NCBI GenBank assembly: GCA_963793265.1
Contig: CAWBZI010000001.1
Span: 1,440,001 to 1,504,000 of the forward strand
DNA from: an uncultured cyanobacterium
GTDB taxonomy: Bacteria > Cyanobacteriota > Cyanobacteriia > Phormidesmidales > Phormidesmidaceae
Length of the DNA stretch: 64,000 bases
Direction of reading: 5' to 3'
Every line of letters starts with the position of its first letter. Position 1 is the first letter of the stretch. The notes under the pieces were generated by a model that did not search any database, was not told the origin of the DNA, and was given only the letters and a program-made list of their open reading frames with translations. Both the position numbers and the translations under genes were made by a program. Shown piece after piece: positions 1 to 10,168 of the stretch.

Positions 1-117
1 AGGCATTCGCGTTAGGCTATGAGGAGTCTTGTGTGATCTGATACGTCTTAAGTGATGTTCATAGGGGCGTTTGATATCACTAAGAATGCTTGATACTGTA
101 GCTCAATATTGAAGACT

Positions 118-1005
118 ATGGCCCATATTAAAGACCGTCGCGCTGAAAATGCAGAGGGTGACTTTTACGTTGACAGCAGTTGTATCGATTGCGACACCTG
201 CCGCTGGCTATCTCCTGATATCTACGCTCGCGCAGGGAGTAAATCGGTGGTACACCATCAGCCGATTAATAGCGATCAAAGAGTCGCTGCTTTGGAAGCT
301 TTGTTGGCTTGCCCCACCGGATCTATCGGCACTGTAGAGAAGCCAACAGATGTTCGTGAGGTGCAAGCACAGTTTCCACTGCCGGTAGACGACAACGTTT
401 TTTACTGCGGCTACCACTCTGAAAAGTCTTTTGGTGCAGCTAGCTATTTTATTCGAAGGCCAGAAGGCAATGTGCTGGTAGATTCGCCTCGGTTTACGCC
501 GCCGCTGGTGAAGCGTTTGGAAGCGATGGGCGGTGTGCGCTATATGTATCTGACGCATCGGGATGATGTGGCCGATCACGAGAAGTTTCATGAGCGGTTT
601 GGGTGCGATCGCATTCTTCACGCCGAAGACATTTCTACCAATACCAAAGGCGTCGAAATCCAACCTACTGGCAGCGAGCCTCTAAAGATAGACAATGATC
701 TACTGATTATTCCTCAGCCGGGACACTCACGCGGCCATACGGTCTTACTCTACAGAGGCAAGTACCTTTTCACAGGCGATCATTTAGCCTGGTCAGCTCG
801 ATTAAATCAGCTTCATGCCTTCCGCAACTTCTGTTGGGATTCTTGGCCTCGTCAGATCGAATCGATGAAGGCACTGGCCGACTATACGCAAGACTACGCT
901 TTTGAGTGGGTGCTGCCAGGACACGGACGGCGGTTTTCAGGCAGTGTGGAAGAGATGCGCCAGCAGATGAAAAACTGCGTTCAGTGGATGGAATCTGTTG
1001 CGTAA
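118..1005 (+). CDS. Ferredoxin-fused MBL-fold metallo-hydrolase
   Basis: N-terminal CIDCDTC...CP Fe-S motif, then metallo-beta-lactamase motifs THRDDVADH, PGHSRGH, FTGDH, LPGHG; ATG at 118 preferred over TTG at 109. Confidence 0.85.
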   Translation: MAHIKDRRAENAEGDFYVDSSCIDCDTCRWLSPDIYARAGSKSVVHHQPINSDQRVAALEALLACPTGSIGTVEKPTDVREVQAQFPLPVDDNVFYCGYHSEKSFGAASYFIRRPEGNVLVDSPRFTPPLVKRLEAMGGVRYMYLTHRDDVADHEKFHERFGCDRILHAEDISTNTKGVEIQPTGSEPLKIDNDLLIIPQPGHSRGHTVLLYRGKYLFTGDHLAWSARLNQLHAFRNFCWDSWPRQIESMKALADYTQDYAFEWVLPGHGRRFSGSVEEMRQQMKNCVQWMESVA

Positions 1006-1050
1006 AATCTGTTGTTTTAGAACATTGCTAGCGCTACGAGATGAAAAAAC

Positions 1051-1076
1051 AAAAAGCCCAGTCGAAATGACTGGGC
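1051..1076 (-). terminator. Intrinsic terminator of the PEP-CTERM gene
   Basis: GCCCAGTC-gaaat-GACTGGGC hairpin (1056-1076) followed by a T-run on the minus strand. Confidence 0.7.
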
Positions 1077-1117
1077 CAGAGTAACGTTCAAAGATAAGGT
1101 CAAACAAGCGTGGCGTT

Positions 1118-1921
1118 CTAGCCTGCTTGCGCTTGCTTGCGCTTGCGAGTAGCAAATGCACCTGCAACAATTGCGCCGAGTCCTAGCAGAGAAGATGGCT
1201 CAGGAATATCTTGCTCAGCGACACTACCTAGCAGCTTGAAGTCAGGGCCGTTGTAAGATTTGCCCTTGCTAGTGACACGTACAGAGTTAATGAACCCATT
1301 GGTAATGCCGAAGTCTTCTAGACCTAAGCCAATAGAACCCACTTTTTGCGAGCCGCCAATTTCTTTTGTGTTGATTTTGAAGCCTGCGTTGTCCCACTTT
1401 TTGGAGTCTAGTTTGATAAGATTGCCAATCTCGTTGCCATTGGCATCTAAAGCTTGAATATCGAGCTTGCTGTTTTTGCCGCGCTCCCACAAAAAGATAT
1501 TGTCAACAGCCTGATCAAAGTTAAGGTCTAGAATGAAGTTGCCTTTGTCCTCAGTATCGATGATGTTGTTGAGGTTGAGGTTGCTCATGACGGCTGCTGC
1601 ACCTGCGTTGGTGAGGGCTTCTTCTCTGAGGCCAGTGGTTGCCAAATCACCAATGTCCGCGCTAGCTGCGCCGCTGTTGCCGCCTGTATAAAGGTCGTTA
1701 GAGAGAATGTTTGCAGAGGTTACGAGCGTGAAGTCGTCAATGACTCGGCCACTTTCTAGCGTGATGGAGTTTAAGAAGATGTCGCCTTTAGAAGCTGCGC
1801 CGCCAGTGAGTGACTTAGTGTAGTCTGCTTGAAAGGAGAAGGCTTGGGCGGGTGCTGAGGAAAGAGCGATCGCGCCAACAGCCAACAGACCAACACTTGT
1901 AACAAACTTGCTAGTTTTCAT
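1118..1921 (-). CDS. PEP-CTERM (exosortase-dependent) surface protein, XDP2-like
   Basis: Signal peptide ending APAQA; C-terminal IPEPSSLLGLGAIVAGAFATRKRK sorting signal. Confidence 0.85.
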   Translation of the reverse strand: MKTSKFVTSVGLLAVGAIALSSAPAQAFSFQADYTKSLTGGAASKGDIFLNSITLESGRVIDDFTLVTSANILSNDLYTGGNSGAASADIGDLATTGLREEALTNAGAAAVMSNLNLNNIIDTEDKGNFILDLNFDQAVDNIFLWERGKNSKLDIQALDANGNEIGNLIKLDSKKWDNAGFKINTKEIGGSQKVGSIGLGLEDFGITNGFINSVRVTSKGKSYNGPDFKLLGSVAEQDIPEPSSLLGLGAIVAGAFATRKRKQAQAG

Positions 1922-2213
1922 AATGCTTCTTTTTAGAGTGAGTAGGTAAGGAGTGTGTGAAACCAAATTCTGGGCGGTCGGTTGAGCGGTTCGCTGCGGT
2001 TGACTTGCCCTCGATGTAATCAGAATGCACCACCGGAATAAATAAAGTCGGTGGAAACGTCACATCTTTGCGAGATACTCTAAAAGCCCTTTAATTACGC
2101 AGATTCTACTGAGTTCAGAAAGCTTGCCGCACTCAGAAATTGTACGTCCGAGAATTCTCTGTGATGTCTGCTTACCTCAGTAGATAAGCCGAGAGATTGC
2201 GTGGGTTTACGGC

Positions 2214-2243
2214 AAAAAGCCGCCTTAGTCATATAAGGCGGCT
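2214..2243 (-). terminator. Intrinsic terminator downstream of polA
   Basis: AGCCGCCTTA-gtcata-TAAGGCGGCT followed by a T-run on the minus strand. Confidence 0.7.
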
Positions 2244-2314
2244 CTGTTGAAGTGATGAGAGTTGTTCTTTCTCGCTAAGTGAAATCACAAAGCTGTTATG
2301 TTCAGTTCAGCGTT

Positions 2315-5239
2315 CTATTTCGCTTCCATCCAGTTTTTGCCAGCATTCGCCTCCACTTTGAGCGGCACCATTAGCGATACGGCTGATTCCATCGTGCTTT
2401 CAATCTTCGGCTTCAGCTCATCCCATTCATCCGGTGGCACCTCAAAAATCAGTTCGTCATGCACTTGCAAAAGCATTTTGGCCTCGTAGCCCTTCAGCAG
2501 CTCATGTATCCGAATCATCGCGACTTTAATAATATCGGCGCTAGATCCTTGAATAGGTGCATTGGCAGCGGCTCTCAGTGAACCTGCATCGAAGCCGTTA
2601 GTGCGCAGCTTGCCAAGATCTACCTCATCAGGATCGGTGCCTTTAAGCGCCTGTAAGCTGCGCGTTGTGAAGTTGAAGTAGCGGCGACGACCGGCGATGG
2701 TTTTGACAAAGCCGTTCGCGATCGCCTCTCTCTGCATCTGCTGCAAATAGTTAAACACCATCGGATAGCGATCGTTAAACCTGTCAATAAACGTCTTTGC
2801 ATCTAACCGATGTACGCCCGTCTCTCTGGCAAACCGAGCCGCCCCCATGCCATAGATCACGCCAAAGTTAATAATCTTCGCCATCCGGCGCTCATCAACA
2901 GAAATCTCTTCTCTATCTTTTTCAAACAGCAGCGTAGCTGTCAGCCTATGCACATCGTCATTGTTACGATAGGCTTCTACCAAAATTGGCTCGCCGCTGA
3001 GGTGCGCCAAAATCCTCAGCTCTATTTGAGAATAATCAGCCGCCGCTAAATGCCAGCCTTCTTTAGGCAAAAATGCCTGTCGGATCTGACGGCTGAAGGC
3101 GGTGCGCGTCGGGATGTTCTGCAAGTTGGGGTTTGAAGAAGAAAGTCGCCCTGTAGAAGTGACCGCCTGGTTGAAGTCAGTATGTACGCGGTTTGTGGCA
3201 GGCCGAATCAGCGCTGGGAGTGCATCAACATACGTAGATTTCAGCTTTGAGAGGGTGCGATATTCCACCACGGCATCAACCACGGGATGATCGCCCTGGA
3301 GTTTTTCAAGCGTAGCGGCATCTGTTGAATAGCCCGTTTTATTTTTACGAGACTTTCGCTTATCGAGGCCCAAAGTATCAAAGAACAATGTGCTGAGCTG
3401 TTTGGGCGAACCTAAATTAAACTCTTCCCCGGCTGATTCGTAGGCGGCTTTTTCAATAGAAGCTAAGTCACCTTCTAGCTGCTTCGAGAACTTATCGAGG
3501 TAGGGCTTATCAATCCGAATGCCAGTCGCTTCCATATTGGCTAGCACGGGCTCAACGGGTAGCTCAACTTCTCGATATAGCTTTTCGAGTTCGGGAGACT
3601 GTGCCAAATCAGCTTTGAGCAAAGGCACGAGGCGGTAGGTGGTGTGTACGTCGCTGCCACAGTAGTCTGCAACTTTAGCGATCGCCACTTCCCCAATACT
3701 TTTACCCTTCGGCACCAAGTCGGTATAGCTAACCGTCATCAGCTCCAAATACCGCAGCGACAAATCCGACAGATTATGACTGTTCTCGGGATTAATCACG
3801 TAGCTCGCCAGCATCGGATCGAAGGTAACGCCTGCTAGTTCAACACCTGCACGTCTCAGCACCAAACGGTCGTACTTCGCATTCTGAAACGCCTTCGGAT
3901 AGTCTGCATTTTCTAAAATGGGTCGCAGCGCATCAACGACCGCTTTCTCGGAAAGCTGTTTGCCTGTAGTATGGCCCACCGGAATGTAGGCCAGATCGGT
4001 TGAGCCTTCTCCCCAACAGCAGCCAATCCCAACCAAATCAGCCTCTAGCGGATCAATCGAATTCGTTTCGGTGTCCCAGGCAACAGGCACTTCTGGATCT
4101 GTAAATGCTTCGAGCGTTTCAACTAACGCTTTTAGCTGCTCAGCAGTCGTAATGATTTGCGGCTGAATCTCTACGCCGCTCAGTCCCATTTGCTCAACGG
4201 CGTCTGTCTCTTCAGCAGTAAAAAACGCCAGATCAGGATCTTCAAACGTCTCAGGCAGCGCTTCTACTGGAATCGGCGCAGGCGGCACATAGTCAGACTC
4301 ACCGCCAAAGAAAGACTGAAGCTTGCTAATGCGATTAATAAAGTGCTGAAGCTCTAGCTTTTTAAGCATCGGCACCACTTCATCCGCATCAAAGCCTTCG
4401 AGCTTACAGCTATCCAAATCCGTCTCTACCGGCACATCAGTCATGATGGTCGCTAAAAACTTCGACTGCTTAGCCTCCTCTACACCTGCCTCTAGCTTCT
4501 TCTTAACCGCGCCTTTTATCTCATCAATTGAGGCATAGATAGTCTCCAAGTCACCATAGGTATCCAGTAGCTTAACGGCTGTCTTTTTACCAATGCCTTT
4601 CACGCCTGGAATATTATCAGAGGTGTCTCCACACAGCGCCTTATAGTCAACCACCTGACTCGGCAAAATCTCAAGCTTCTCGTAAACCTCAGCCACGCCA
4701 TACTCTGTAGCCGATCCCTTCTGCCGAGCAAATGCATTGCTAAGGTACAGTACCTTGATATTTTCTTCCGTATCAATGAGCTGAAAAAGATCCTGGTCGC
4801 CGCTCAAAATTCTCACCTGCTGACCTGCGGCCATCGCCCGAGTGGCCAGGGTACCGATCATGTCGTCTGCTTCGTAGCCTGGCTCGCAAAAGATTGGAAA
4901 CTTAAACGCTTCAAGCAGTCCTTTTAAGTTTTCGACATCCTCAGTAAATTCCTCTGGCGTTTCAGCGCGTCCGGCTTTGTAAGTGTCTGTAGTTTCGTGG
5001 CGAAACGTCGGCGCGGCCAAATCAAAGGTGATAGCTACGCAGTCCGGTTTTTCAGCCTCTAGCGTGTCGATGAGGGATTTGAGAAAGCCAAAGCACACGC
5101 TGGTCGGAATGCCGGTAGAGGTGCGCAGCCCACCGTCACGGCTGCGGGCAAACGCATAGTAGGAGCGGAAGGCCAAAGAGTGACCATCTACCAGCATTAA
5201 AACAGGCTTGTCTTTTGACTTATCTACAGGAGAACTCAA
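2315..5239 (-). CDS. polA: DNA polymerase I
   Basis: 5'-3' exonuclease (LVDGHSLAFRSYYA, EADD), 3'-5' exonuclease (WDTET), family A polymerase motifs (DYSQIELR, KIINFGVIYG, LQVHDEL). Confidence 0.98.
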   Translation of the reverse strand: MSSPVDKSKDKPVLMLVDGHSLAFRSYYAFARSRDGGLRTSTGIPTSVCFGFLKSLIDTLEAEKPDCVAITFDLAAPTFRHETTDTYKAGRAETPEEFTEDVENLKGLLEAFKFPIFCEPGYEADDMIGTLATRAMAAGQQVRILSGDQDLFQLIDTEENIKVLYLSNAFARQKGSATEYGVAEVYEKLEILPSQVVDYKALCGDTSDNIPGVKGIGKKTAVKLLDTYGDLETIYASIDEIKGAVKKKLEAGVEEAKQSKFLATIMTDVPVETDLDSCKLEGFDADEVVPMLKKLELQHFINRISKLQSFFGGESDYVPPAPIPVEALPETFEDPDLAFFTAEETDAVEQMGLSGVEIQPQIITTAEQLKALVETLEAFTDPEVPVAWDTETNSIDPLEADLVGIGCCWGEGSTDLAYIPVGHTTGKQLSEKAVVDALRPILENADYPKAFQNAKYDRLVLRRAGVELAGVTFDPMLASYVINPENSHNLSDLSLRYLELMTVSYTDLVPKGKSIGEVAIAKVADYCGSDVHTTYRLVPLLKADLAQSPELEKLYREVELPVEPVLANMEATGIRIDKPYLDKFSKQLEGDLASIEKAAYESAGEEFNLGSPKQLSTLFFDTLGLDKRKSRKNKTGYSTDAATLEKLQGDHPVVDAVVEYRTLSKLKSTYVDALPALIRPATNRVHTDFNQAVTSTGRLSSSNPNLQNIPTRTAFSRQIRQAFLPKEGWHLAAADYSQIELRILAHLSGEPILVEAYRNNDDVHRLTATLLFEKDREEISVDERRMAKIINFGVIYGMGAARFARETGVHRLDAKTFIDRFNDRYPMVFNYLQQMQREAIANGFVKTIAGRRRYFNFTTRSLQALKGTDPDEVDLGKLRTNGFDAGSLRAAANAPIQGSSADIIKVAMIRIHELLKGYEAKMLLQVHDELIFEVPPDEWDELKPKIESTMESAVSLMVPLKVEANAGKNWMEAK

Positions 5240-5362
5240 ATCAGTATTCGGGCTAAAGCGCCAGCGGGCAACCCATCTATTATCGGACAGCCTTGGTGAA
5301 ATGGGACGGTGAAATGGGGCGAAAAACTCACTCGCAAGAGTGCTCTGTAAAAAGCGCCTAAT

Positions 5363-5391
5363 AAAAAGCGCCCAAAATAAATTTGGGCGCT
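5363..5391 (-). terminator. Orphan intrinsic terminator (candidate sRNA 3' end)
   Basis: AGCGCCCAAA-ataaa-TTTGGGCGCT with T-run on the minus strand; no minus-strand gene ends here. Confidence 0.6.
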
Positions 5392-5831
5392 CGGGTCGAT
5401 TTCTAAATTGATGTCATTGATCGCTCTAAAGTGATCGCTCAATGCGGAGGAAATTATGGCTGTACGTGCTCCCACACGAACGGCAATAGCAAAAAATATG
5501 CCCTAAGGCCGATTTCGGCTAACCAGAAAACCTGTCAAATCTCCTGGATGAAGTGTATCAAGAATTACCGTTCTTTGGTAATAATTCTTCACGATTTTAG
5601 GCTGAATTCGGTTCGATCCCAACGTCCGTCGCCTGTTTCAGCGTACCCGCTACATCCAAAAACCCTTGATACCAAGGGAAATTAGCTGATACGATCGCCC
5701 AAAGCCCCACTCAAAACAAACCATATTCTCCGGCGAATTATCCTCATCTCCTGACTTTTAGCGCCACTGACGCATCACCGTAAATCTCTGTCACTATAGA
5801 GCTAGCGTGATTTTATAGCGATTTAGAAACC

Positions 5832-6785
5832 TTGCAGATTACTTTTCTAGGAACCAGCTCCGGCGTACCCACCCGCTCCCGCAACGTCTCCAGCGTAGCC
5901 CTTCGTCTCCCGCAGCGTGCCGAAGTGTGGCTGTTTGACTGTGGCGAAAGCACCCAGCACCAGTTCCTCAAAAGCGACTTCAAGTCCAGCCAAATTCGCC
6001 GTATCTTTGTCACCCACATGCACGGCGATCATATTTTTGGTTTGCCTGGCCTACTGGCGAGCTGCGGCATGGCTGGAACTGGTCAACAAATCGACATCTA
6101 CGGCCCGCCCGAACTTGCTAAGTATTTAGACGCCTGCCGCCGCTATTCAAAAACACAGTCCTCGTACCCGATTAAAGTGCACATCACCGAGCCTGGAAAG
6201 GTATACGAAGATGACGACTACATCGTGAGCTGTCAACGGTTAAAGCATCGTATTCCAGCGCACGGCTACCGCGTGACGGAGAAAGACAGGACGGGTCATT
6301 TTGATGTGAAAAAGGCCGTAGCCCTCGGCATTCCGCCCGGCCCGCTGTATGGAAATCTAAAGCGTGGCGAGGTCGTAACGTTAGCTGATGGCCGCAAAAT
6401 AAATGGTTCAGACCTGTGCGGCCCTACAATTATTGGCCGTAAGTTCGTCTACTGCACGGACACTGTTTTTTGTGAAAGCGCGATTGAACTTGCCGAGCAG
6501 GCTGATGTCCTGATTCACGAGGCGACTTTTGCACACCAGGACGCGGATCTGGCCTATCAAAGGATGCACTCAACTTCGACGATGGCCGCTCAAGTGGCAC
6601 TATCAGCGCAGGTGAAACAGTTGATTATGACCCACTTTAGCCCTCGCTATGCGCCAGGGAATGCCCTACAGCTCAGCGATCTACTTAGCGAAGCCAAAGC
6701 AATTTTTCCAAATACGATTATGGCGAAGGACTTTTTGACTTACGACATCGACCGCACTGATGAAAAGGTCAAAGTCCCTGCCTGA
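5832..6785 (+). CDS. rnz: Ribonuclease Z
   Basis: [10 protein letters not shown] start, THMHGDH motif, GIPPGP exosite arm, HEATF, THFSPRY. Confidence 0.97.
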   Translation: MQITFLGTSSGVPTRSRNVSSVALRLPQRAEVWLFDCGESTQHQFLKSDFKSSQIRRIFVTHMHGDHIFGLPGLLASCGMAGTGQQIDIYGPPELAKYLDACRRYSKTQSSYPIKVHITEPGKVYEDDDYIVSCQRLKHRIPAHGYRVTEKDRTGHFDVKKAVALGIPPGPLYGNLKRGEVVTLADGRKINGSDLCGPTIIGRKFVYCTDTVFCESAIELAEQADVLIHEATFAHQDADLAYQRMHSTSTMAAQVALSAQVKQLIMTHFSPRYAPGNALQLSDLLSEAKAIFPNTIMAKDFLTYDIDRTDEKVKVPA

Positions 6786-6793
6786 TGCCAACT

Positions 6794-7219
6794 CTAGTCT
6801 TCGCTACCGTTAGCATGTAGCCGCTTTTTCATGTGATAAAGGTGGTTGTAGCTATCTACCGGCATCCGAGGCTTGGGGATTTCTTCGTTTGGCCAGCCGG
6901 GTAGGTCGTTGCAAGGGCACAGGTGCGGTTTTATTTCGACCTGTGGCATGGGAATAGGCATATCGCAACGGGCGCAGCTCACAACGTCCCATTCTGGCGA
7001 CAGTAGCTCGGCAATCGTTTGATCGGTGCCGTCTAGATAGAAGGATTTGCCTTCTCTTTCGATAATTTCTGTCCAGCAGTTTTCAAATTCGGGGCTGAAG
7101 CGATCGCCCTGAATGACTTTCTCGGGTCTGTAGCTCACTTGCTGATCGTCGCTTACCACATGCTTCCCAAGCTGAAACCAGTAGGCCAAGTACTTTTTTA
7201 CATCAGTGTGAGAGGCCAT
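6794..7219 (-). CDS. Conserved cyanobacterial hypothetical protein with Cys motifs
   Basis: 141-aa ORF with YLAYWFQLGK, CARC and CPCxDL; function unknown. Confidence 0.75.
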   Translation of the reverse strand: MASHTDVKKYLAYWFQLGKHVVSDDQQVSYRPEKVIQGDRFSPEFENCWTEIIEREGKSFYLDGTDQTIAELLSPEWDVVSCARCDMPIPMPQVEIKPHLCPCNDLPGWPNEEIPKPRMPVDSYNHLYHMKKRLHANGSED

Positions 7220-7301
7220 TGATTTAAGGTCGAATACTGCTTATTACGATCATAGTTTGTCGTTATAACGCTGTGGCTATCTTCATGGAAATAATTAAGA
7301 A

Positions 7302-7847
7302 TTAGGAGACGCGCTGGCCGAGTTGGGATAGGTTAATGGCATAGCCACTGGTGACAAGGTAAACGTCAGTTGCGATCGTCCCCACTTCACGACTCAAGGT
7401 GCCAAGGCGATCACGAAAAGTCCGACCCATCTCATACGCAGGCACCACGCCCCAGCCCGTCTCTTCAGCTACCAGCACCACATCTGCCTCAGTCTCTATC
7501 AGTGACGCCAAGAGCGATCGCTCAGCCGCGTTCCACTCCTGCGGCCCCTGCTCAATTAGGTTAGCTAGCCAGGTACCCAGCGAGTCTATGAGGAGACAGT
7601 GATTTTTTGAGTGATGTGCGATCGCCTCAGCCAGTTCAACCGGCACTTCCTCACACCGCCAATGCTCAGGACGCCTGCTAATGTGCTTCTCAATCCGCGC
7701 TTGCCACTCCACATCGTCTGCACTGGTTCGCGCCGTCGCCACGTACACGACCTGCGATCCCTTGGCGCTGGCGATCTGTTCAGTTAACCGCTCAGCCCAT
7801 TCACTTTTGCCTGAGCGGGCCGGGCCTGTCACCAAAATGATTGTCAT
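7302..7847 (-). CDS. cobU: Adenosylcobinamide kinase/adenosylcobinamide-phosphate guanylyltransferase
   Basis: GPARSGKS P-loop, YVATA, LLIDSLGTW, EETGWGVVP, FRDRLG. Confidence 0.93.
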   Translation of the reverse strand: MTIILVTGPARSGKSEWAERLTEQIASAKGSQVVYVATARTSADDVEWQARIEKHISRRPEHWRCEEVPVELAEAIAHHSKNHCLLIDSLGTWLANLIEQGPQEWNAAERSLLASLIETEADVVLVAEETGWGVVPAYEMGRTFRDRLGTLSREVGTIATDVYLVTSGYAINLSQLGQRVS

Positions 7848-7956
7848 AGAATCTATAAATTATGTGGTAGCAGACGCTACAGCTATGAACTAAATGCTAT
7901 TATAGGCAACTGTAGTTTTGCCCGCTGTAGGGTTTGCAATTGGAGGTTTTTGCTTA

Positions 7957-8325
7957 GTGGCTGCTGTAGATTCTACAAATGAACAAATTGAGCCGAATGA
8001 ACAAACCGGGCCACCCATTGAGTCGGATGCTCGATTCATTTTAAAGGTGCTTTGGTTAGATAAAGACGTTGCCTTAGCCGTCGATCAGGTTGTGGGTAAA
8101 GGCACGAGCCCTCTCACTTCATACTTTTTCTGGCCCCGTAACGACGCCTGGGAACAGTTGAAGACTGAAGTTGAGTCTAAGTCTTGGATTACGGACGAAG
8201 AGCGCGTTGAGCTGCTTAACAAAGCCACTGAAATCATCAACTATTGGCAGGAAGAAGGTAAGTCTAAGCCGATGAGCGAGGCGCAAAGTAAGTTTCCTGA
8301 AGTTGCCTTCACCGGTAGCTCATGA
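7957..8325 (+). CDS. ycf65: 30S ribosomal protein PSRP-3 (Ycf65)
   Basis: FILKVLWL...[26 protein letters not shown] signature; GGAGG before GTG at 7957. Confidence 0.92.
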   Translation: MAAVDSTNEQIEPNEQTGPPIESDARFILKVLWLDKDVALAVDQVVGKGTSPLTSYFFWPRNDAWEQLKTEVESKSWITDEERVELLNKATEIINYWQEEGKSKPMSEAQSKFPEVAFTGSS

Positions 8326-8425
8326 TCGATTTTAGGCTGGCCTGGTAGGGTCGGTATAGCGATAGAGAAACCCTTTGGCAGCGATGTCAGAGGGTTTCTT
8401 TGGTTGTTTCGTAGAGAAAATCTGG

Positions 8426-9037
8426 ATGGCAAATCCTTCGTATTGGAAAATATTTTGTAAGTGGCGCAGGGATCGCGAGGAGCTAAACCTGCTCAGACTG
8501 CCAGACAACGTGTCTTCGTCTGAGCTAGATTGCTTTGCTGAGAGGTATCGTTTGGCGCGTGCTTTCAACGGCATTAATGCAACTGGTTATGGCGATGATG
8601 CGATAGATGCCTATGGCTCAGTTATGCGCGCATTCCTTGCATATAGTGCGCTAGAGCAGTTTCATAAGGCTGTGAAGCCGGTTCCTAGCAAGCAGCATTT
8701 GAGTGAGCGGTGGGCTGGTATGGCGATCGCGCCCGCTGAAAACCTCAGAGATGCTGACGCGGTGCTTCAGTACCTACCTCAAGCTGTCAGCAATAAAAAG
8801 CTAAGAGACAAGCTCATTGCTTTTAGAAAAGGTGAACACGACAACTGCCTAATCGTGGCAACCGCGCTCAGACACGCCGTCGCGCATGGTTTCATGAGCT
8901 TTCATCCCGAGGGCACACCTGCTAGAGTCTCAAAAGTTTTCTGCGATCAGCTAACCCGTATGCTCTTATCGATTGCAGATCTCTCTTTTATAGACTTGCT
9001 AGATACGTTGAATATTGAATTTGGTTCTAGTGAATAA
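8426..9037 (+). CDS. Hypothetical protein, possible HEPN-like domain
   Basis: Helical ORF with YSALEQF and an R-x4-H motif (RHAVAH); start uncertain (8375-8426). Confidence 0.6.
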   Translation: MANPSYWKIFCKWRRDREELNLLRLPDNVSSSELDCFAERYRLARAFNGINATGYGDDAIDAYGSVMRAFLAYSALEQFHKAVKPVPSKQHLSERWAGMAIAPAENLRDADAVLQYLPQAVSNKKLRDKLIAFRKGEHDNCLIVATALRHAVAHGFMSFHPEGTPARVSKVFCDQLTRMLLSIADLSFIDLLDTLNIEFGSSE

Positions 9038-9135
9038 AAAGGCTTTCTCCTGACGCAAGCGATATATAGAACACTAAAAACTACTAAGTTGTAGCGCTGC
9101 TATTCTCTAGTCGCTTGAACAACGCCACGCCCGAA

Positions 9136-9465
9136 CTATTCTGCAAACATCTCTGCTAAAACAGACAGCACCTTCTTCTGAGTAGTCTTACTAAGCTTCC
9201 CTAGCTTCTTCACCAGTCGGGACTTATCTACAGTTCTAATTTGATCCAAAACTACCTGCCCCCTTTTACCCTCAAACTGGCAGCTAACGCGCATAGGATA
9301 ACTGCGTCCGCCCGTCGTCATCGGCGCTACAATCACCGTTGATAGATGGGGATTGAGCTGATCGGGCGAAATCACGACACATGGTCGGGGCTTTTGAATT
9401 TCAGAACCCACTGTTGGATCTAGCCGTACGAGAAAAACGTCAAACCGTCTGACTACCATTCCCAC
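9136..9465 (-). CDS. mazF: PemK/MazF family toxin
   Basis: LDPTVGSEIQKPRPCVVISPD...VIVAPMTT...LDQIRTVDKSRL. Confidence 0.93.
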   Translation of the reverse strand: MGMVVRRFDVFLVRLDPTVGSEIQKPRPCVVISPDQLNPHLSTVIVAPMTTGGRSYPMRVSCQFEGKRGQVVLDQIRTVDKSRLVKKLGKLSKTTQKKVLSVLAEMFAE

Positions 9466-9701
9466 TCAGATTGATCCCAGTCGGTTGCGACGGTTCCATC
9501 TAAAAGCTTATCGTCTCCATTCTCTGCCATTTCTATGCAGGCTTCCTCCCATCCTTCTCTTGGCCGAGATGTCGGGCGAATCATCAAGCACCCATCCTTA
9601 ACGGCAAGTTCTACTTCTGAGTGAAGGCCGCACTGTTCTATAAGAATCTTGGGGATACGTACGCCTTGAGAGTTTCCTATCTTAACGACCTTTGTAATCA
9701 C
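9453..9701 (-). CDS. mazE: AbrB/MazE family antitoxin
   Basis: KVVKIGNSQGVRIPK AbrB signature and acidic C-terminus overlapping the toxin start; start uncertain (GTG 9701 or ATA 9713). Confidence 0.88.
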   Translation of the reverse strand: MITKVVKIGNSQGVRIPKILIEQCGLHSEVELAVKDGCLMIRPTSRPREGWEEACIEMAENGDDKLLDGTVATDWDQSEWEW

Positions 9702-9738
9702 TGCATTGCCTATTCTGTTTACAATGTTTATGCTAGCA

Positions 9739-9757
9739 GTAATTACATTGTAGTTAC
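9739..9757. promoter_or_regulatory. Probable antitoxin operator palindrome
   Basis: GTAATTACA-T-TGTAGTTAC, 9-bp arms with one mismatch, just upstream of mazE. Confidence 0.6.
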
Positions 9758-9901
9758 AATAGGAAGAGCAAGAGCCTAAATTACTCATCCAAATGGCCCT
9801 GTGGGTGACCCATACCGAGATTTGAAAACGCTTGCAAGTCCTCCTTACTGGCTTGACCCGCTAAAATAGGCAGAATCATATTCACTTCAATGGAGGCTGG
9901 A

Positions 9902-10168
9902 ATGAGCATACCTTTAACACCCGAACTAGAGAGGTTTGTCCAAACACAGGTGGAAAGCGGGAGGTACTCGTCAGCAACAGAAGTAGCCATAGCAGGAATT
10001 GCGATGCTAAAAAGCATTAACAGACTATATCAGGGTCGATATGAGGAGCTGAAAGATAAAGTTATGGAAGGGATGGCCGCTGCCGATAAAGGGGAACTTA
10101 TCGATAGCGAAACCGTTTTCAAAACCTTACAAGATAGACTGGATCAAAAGCGTCAGAATGCTTCATGA
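9902..10168 (+). CDS. ParD-type (ribbon-helix-helix) antitoxin
   Basis: MSIPLTPELERFVQTQVESGRYSSATEV pattern; ATGA overlap with the downstream toxin. Confidence 0.88.
   Translation: MSIPLTPELERFVQTQVESGRYSSATEVAIAGIAMLKSINRLYQGRYEELKDKVMEGMAAADKGELIDSETVFKTLQDRLDQKRQNAS

Noticed and set aside
5600..5635. GGTTCGATCCC resembling a tRNA T-loop
   Set aside because: Flanks do not form a T-stem, acceptor stem or anticodon arm
5236..5685. Listed ORFs 5236-5475 (-) and 5431-5685 (+)
   Set aside because: No recognisable motifs; they run across terminator and promoter-like elements and are likely spurious
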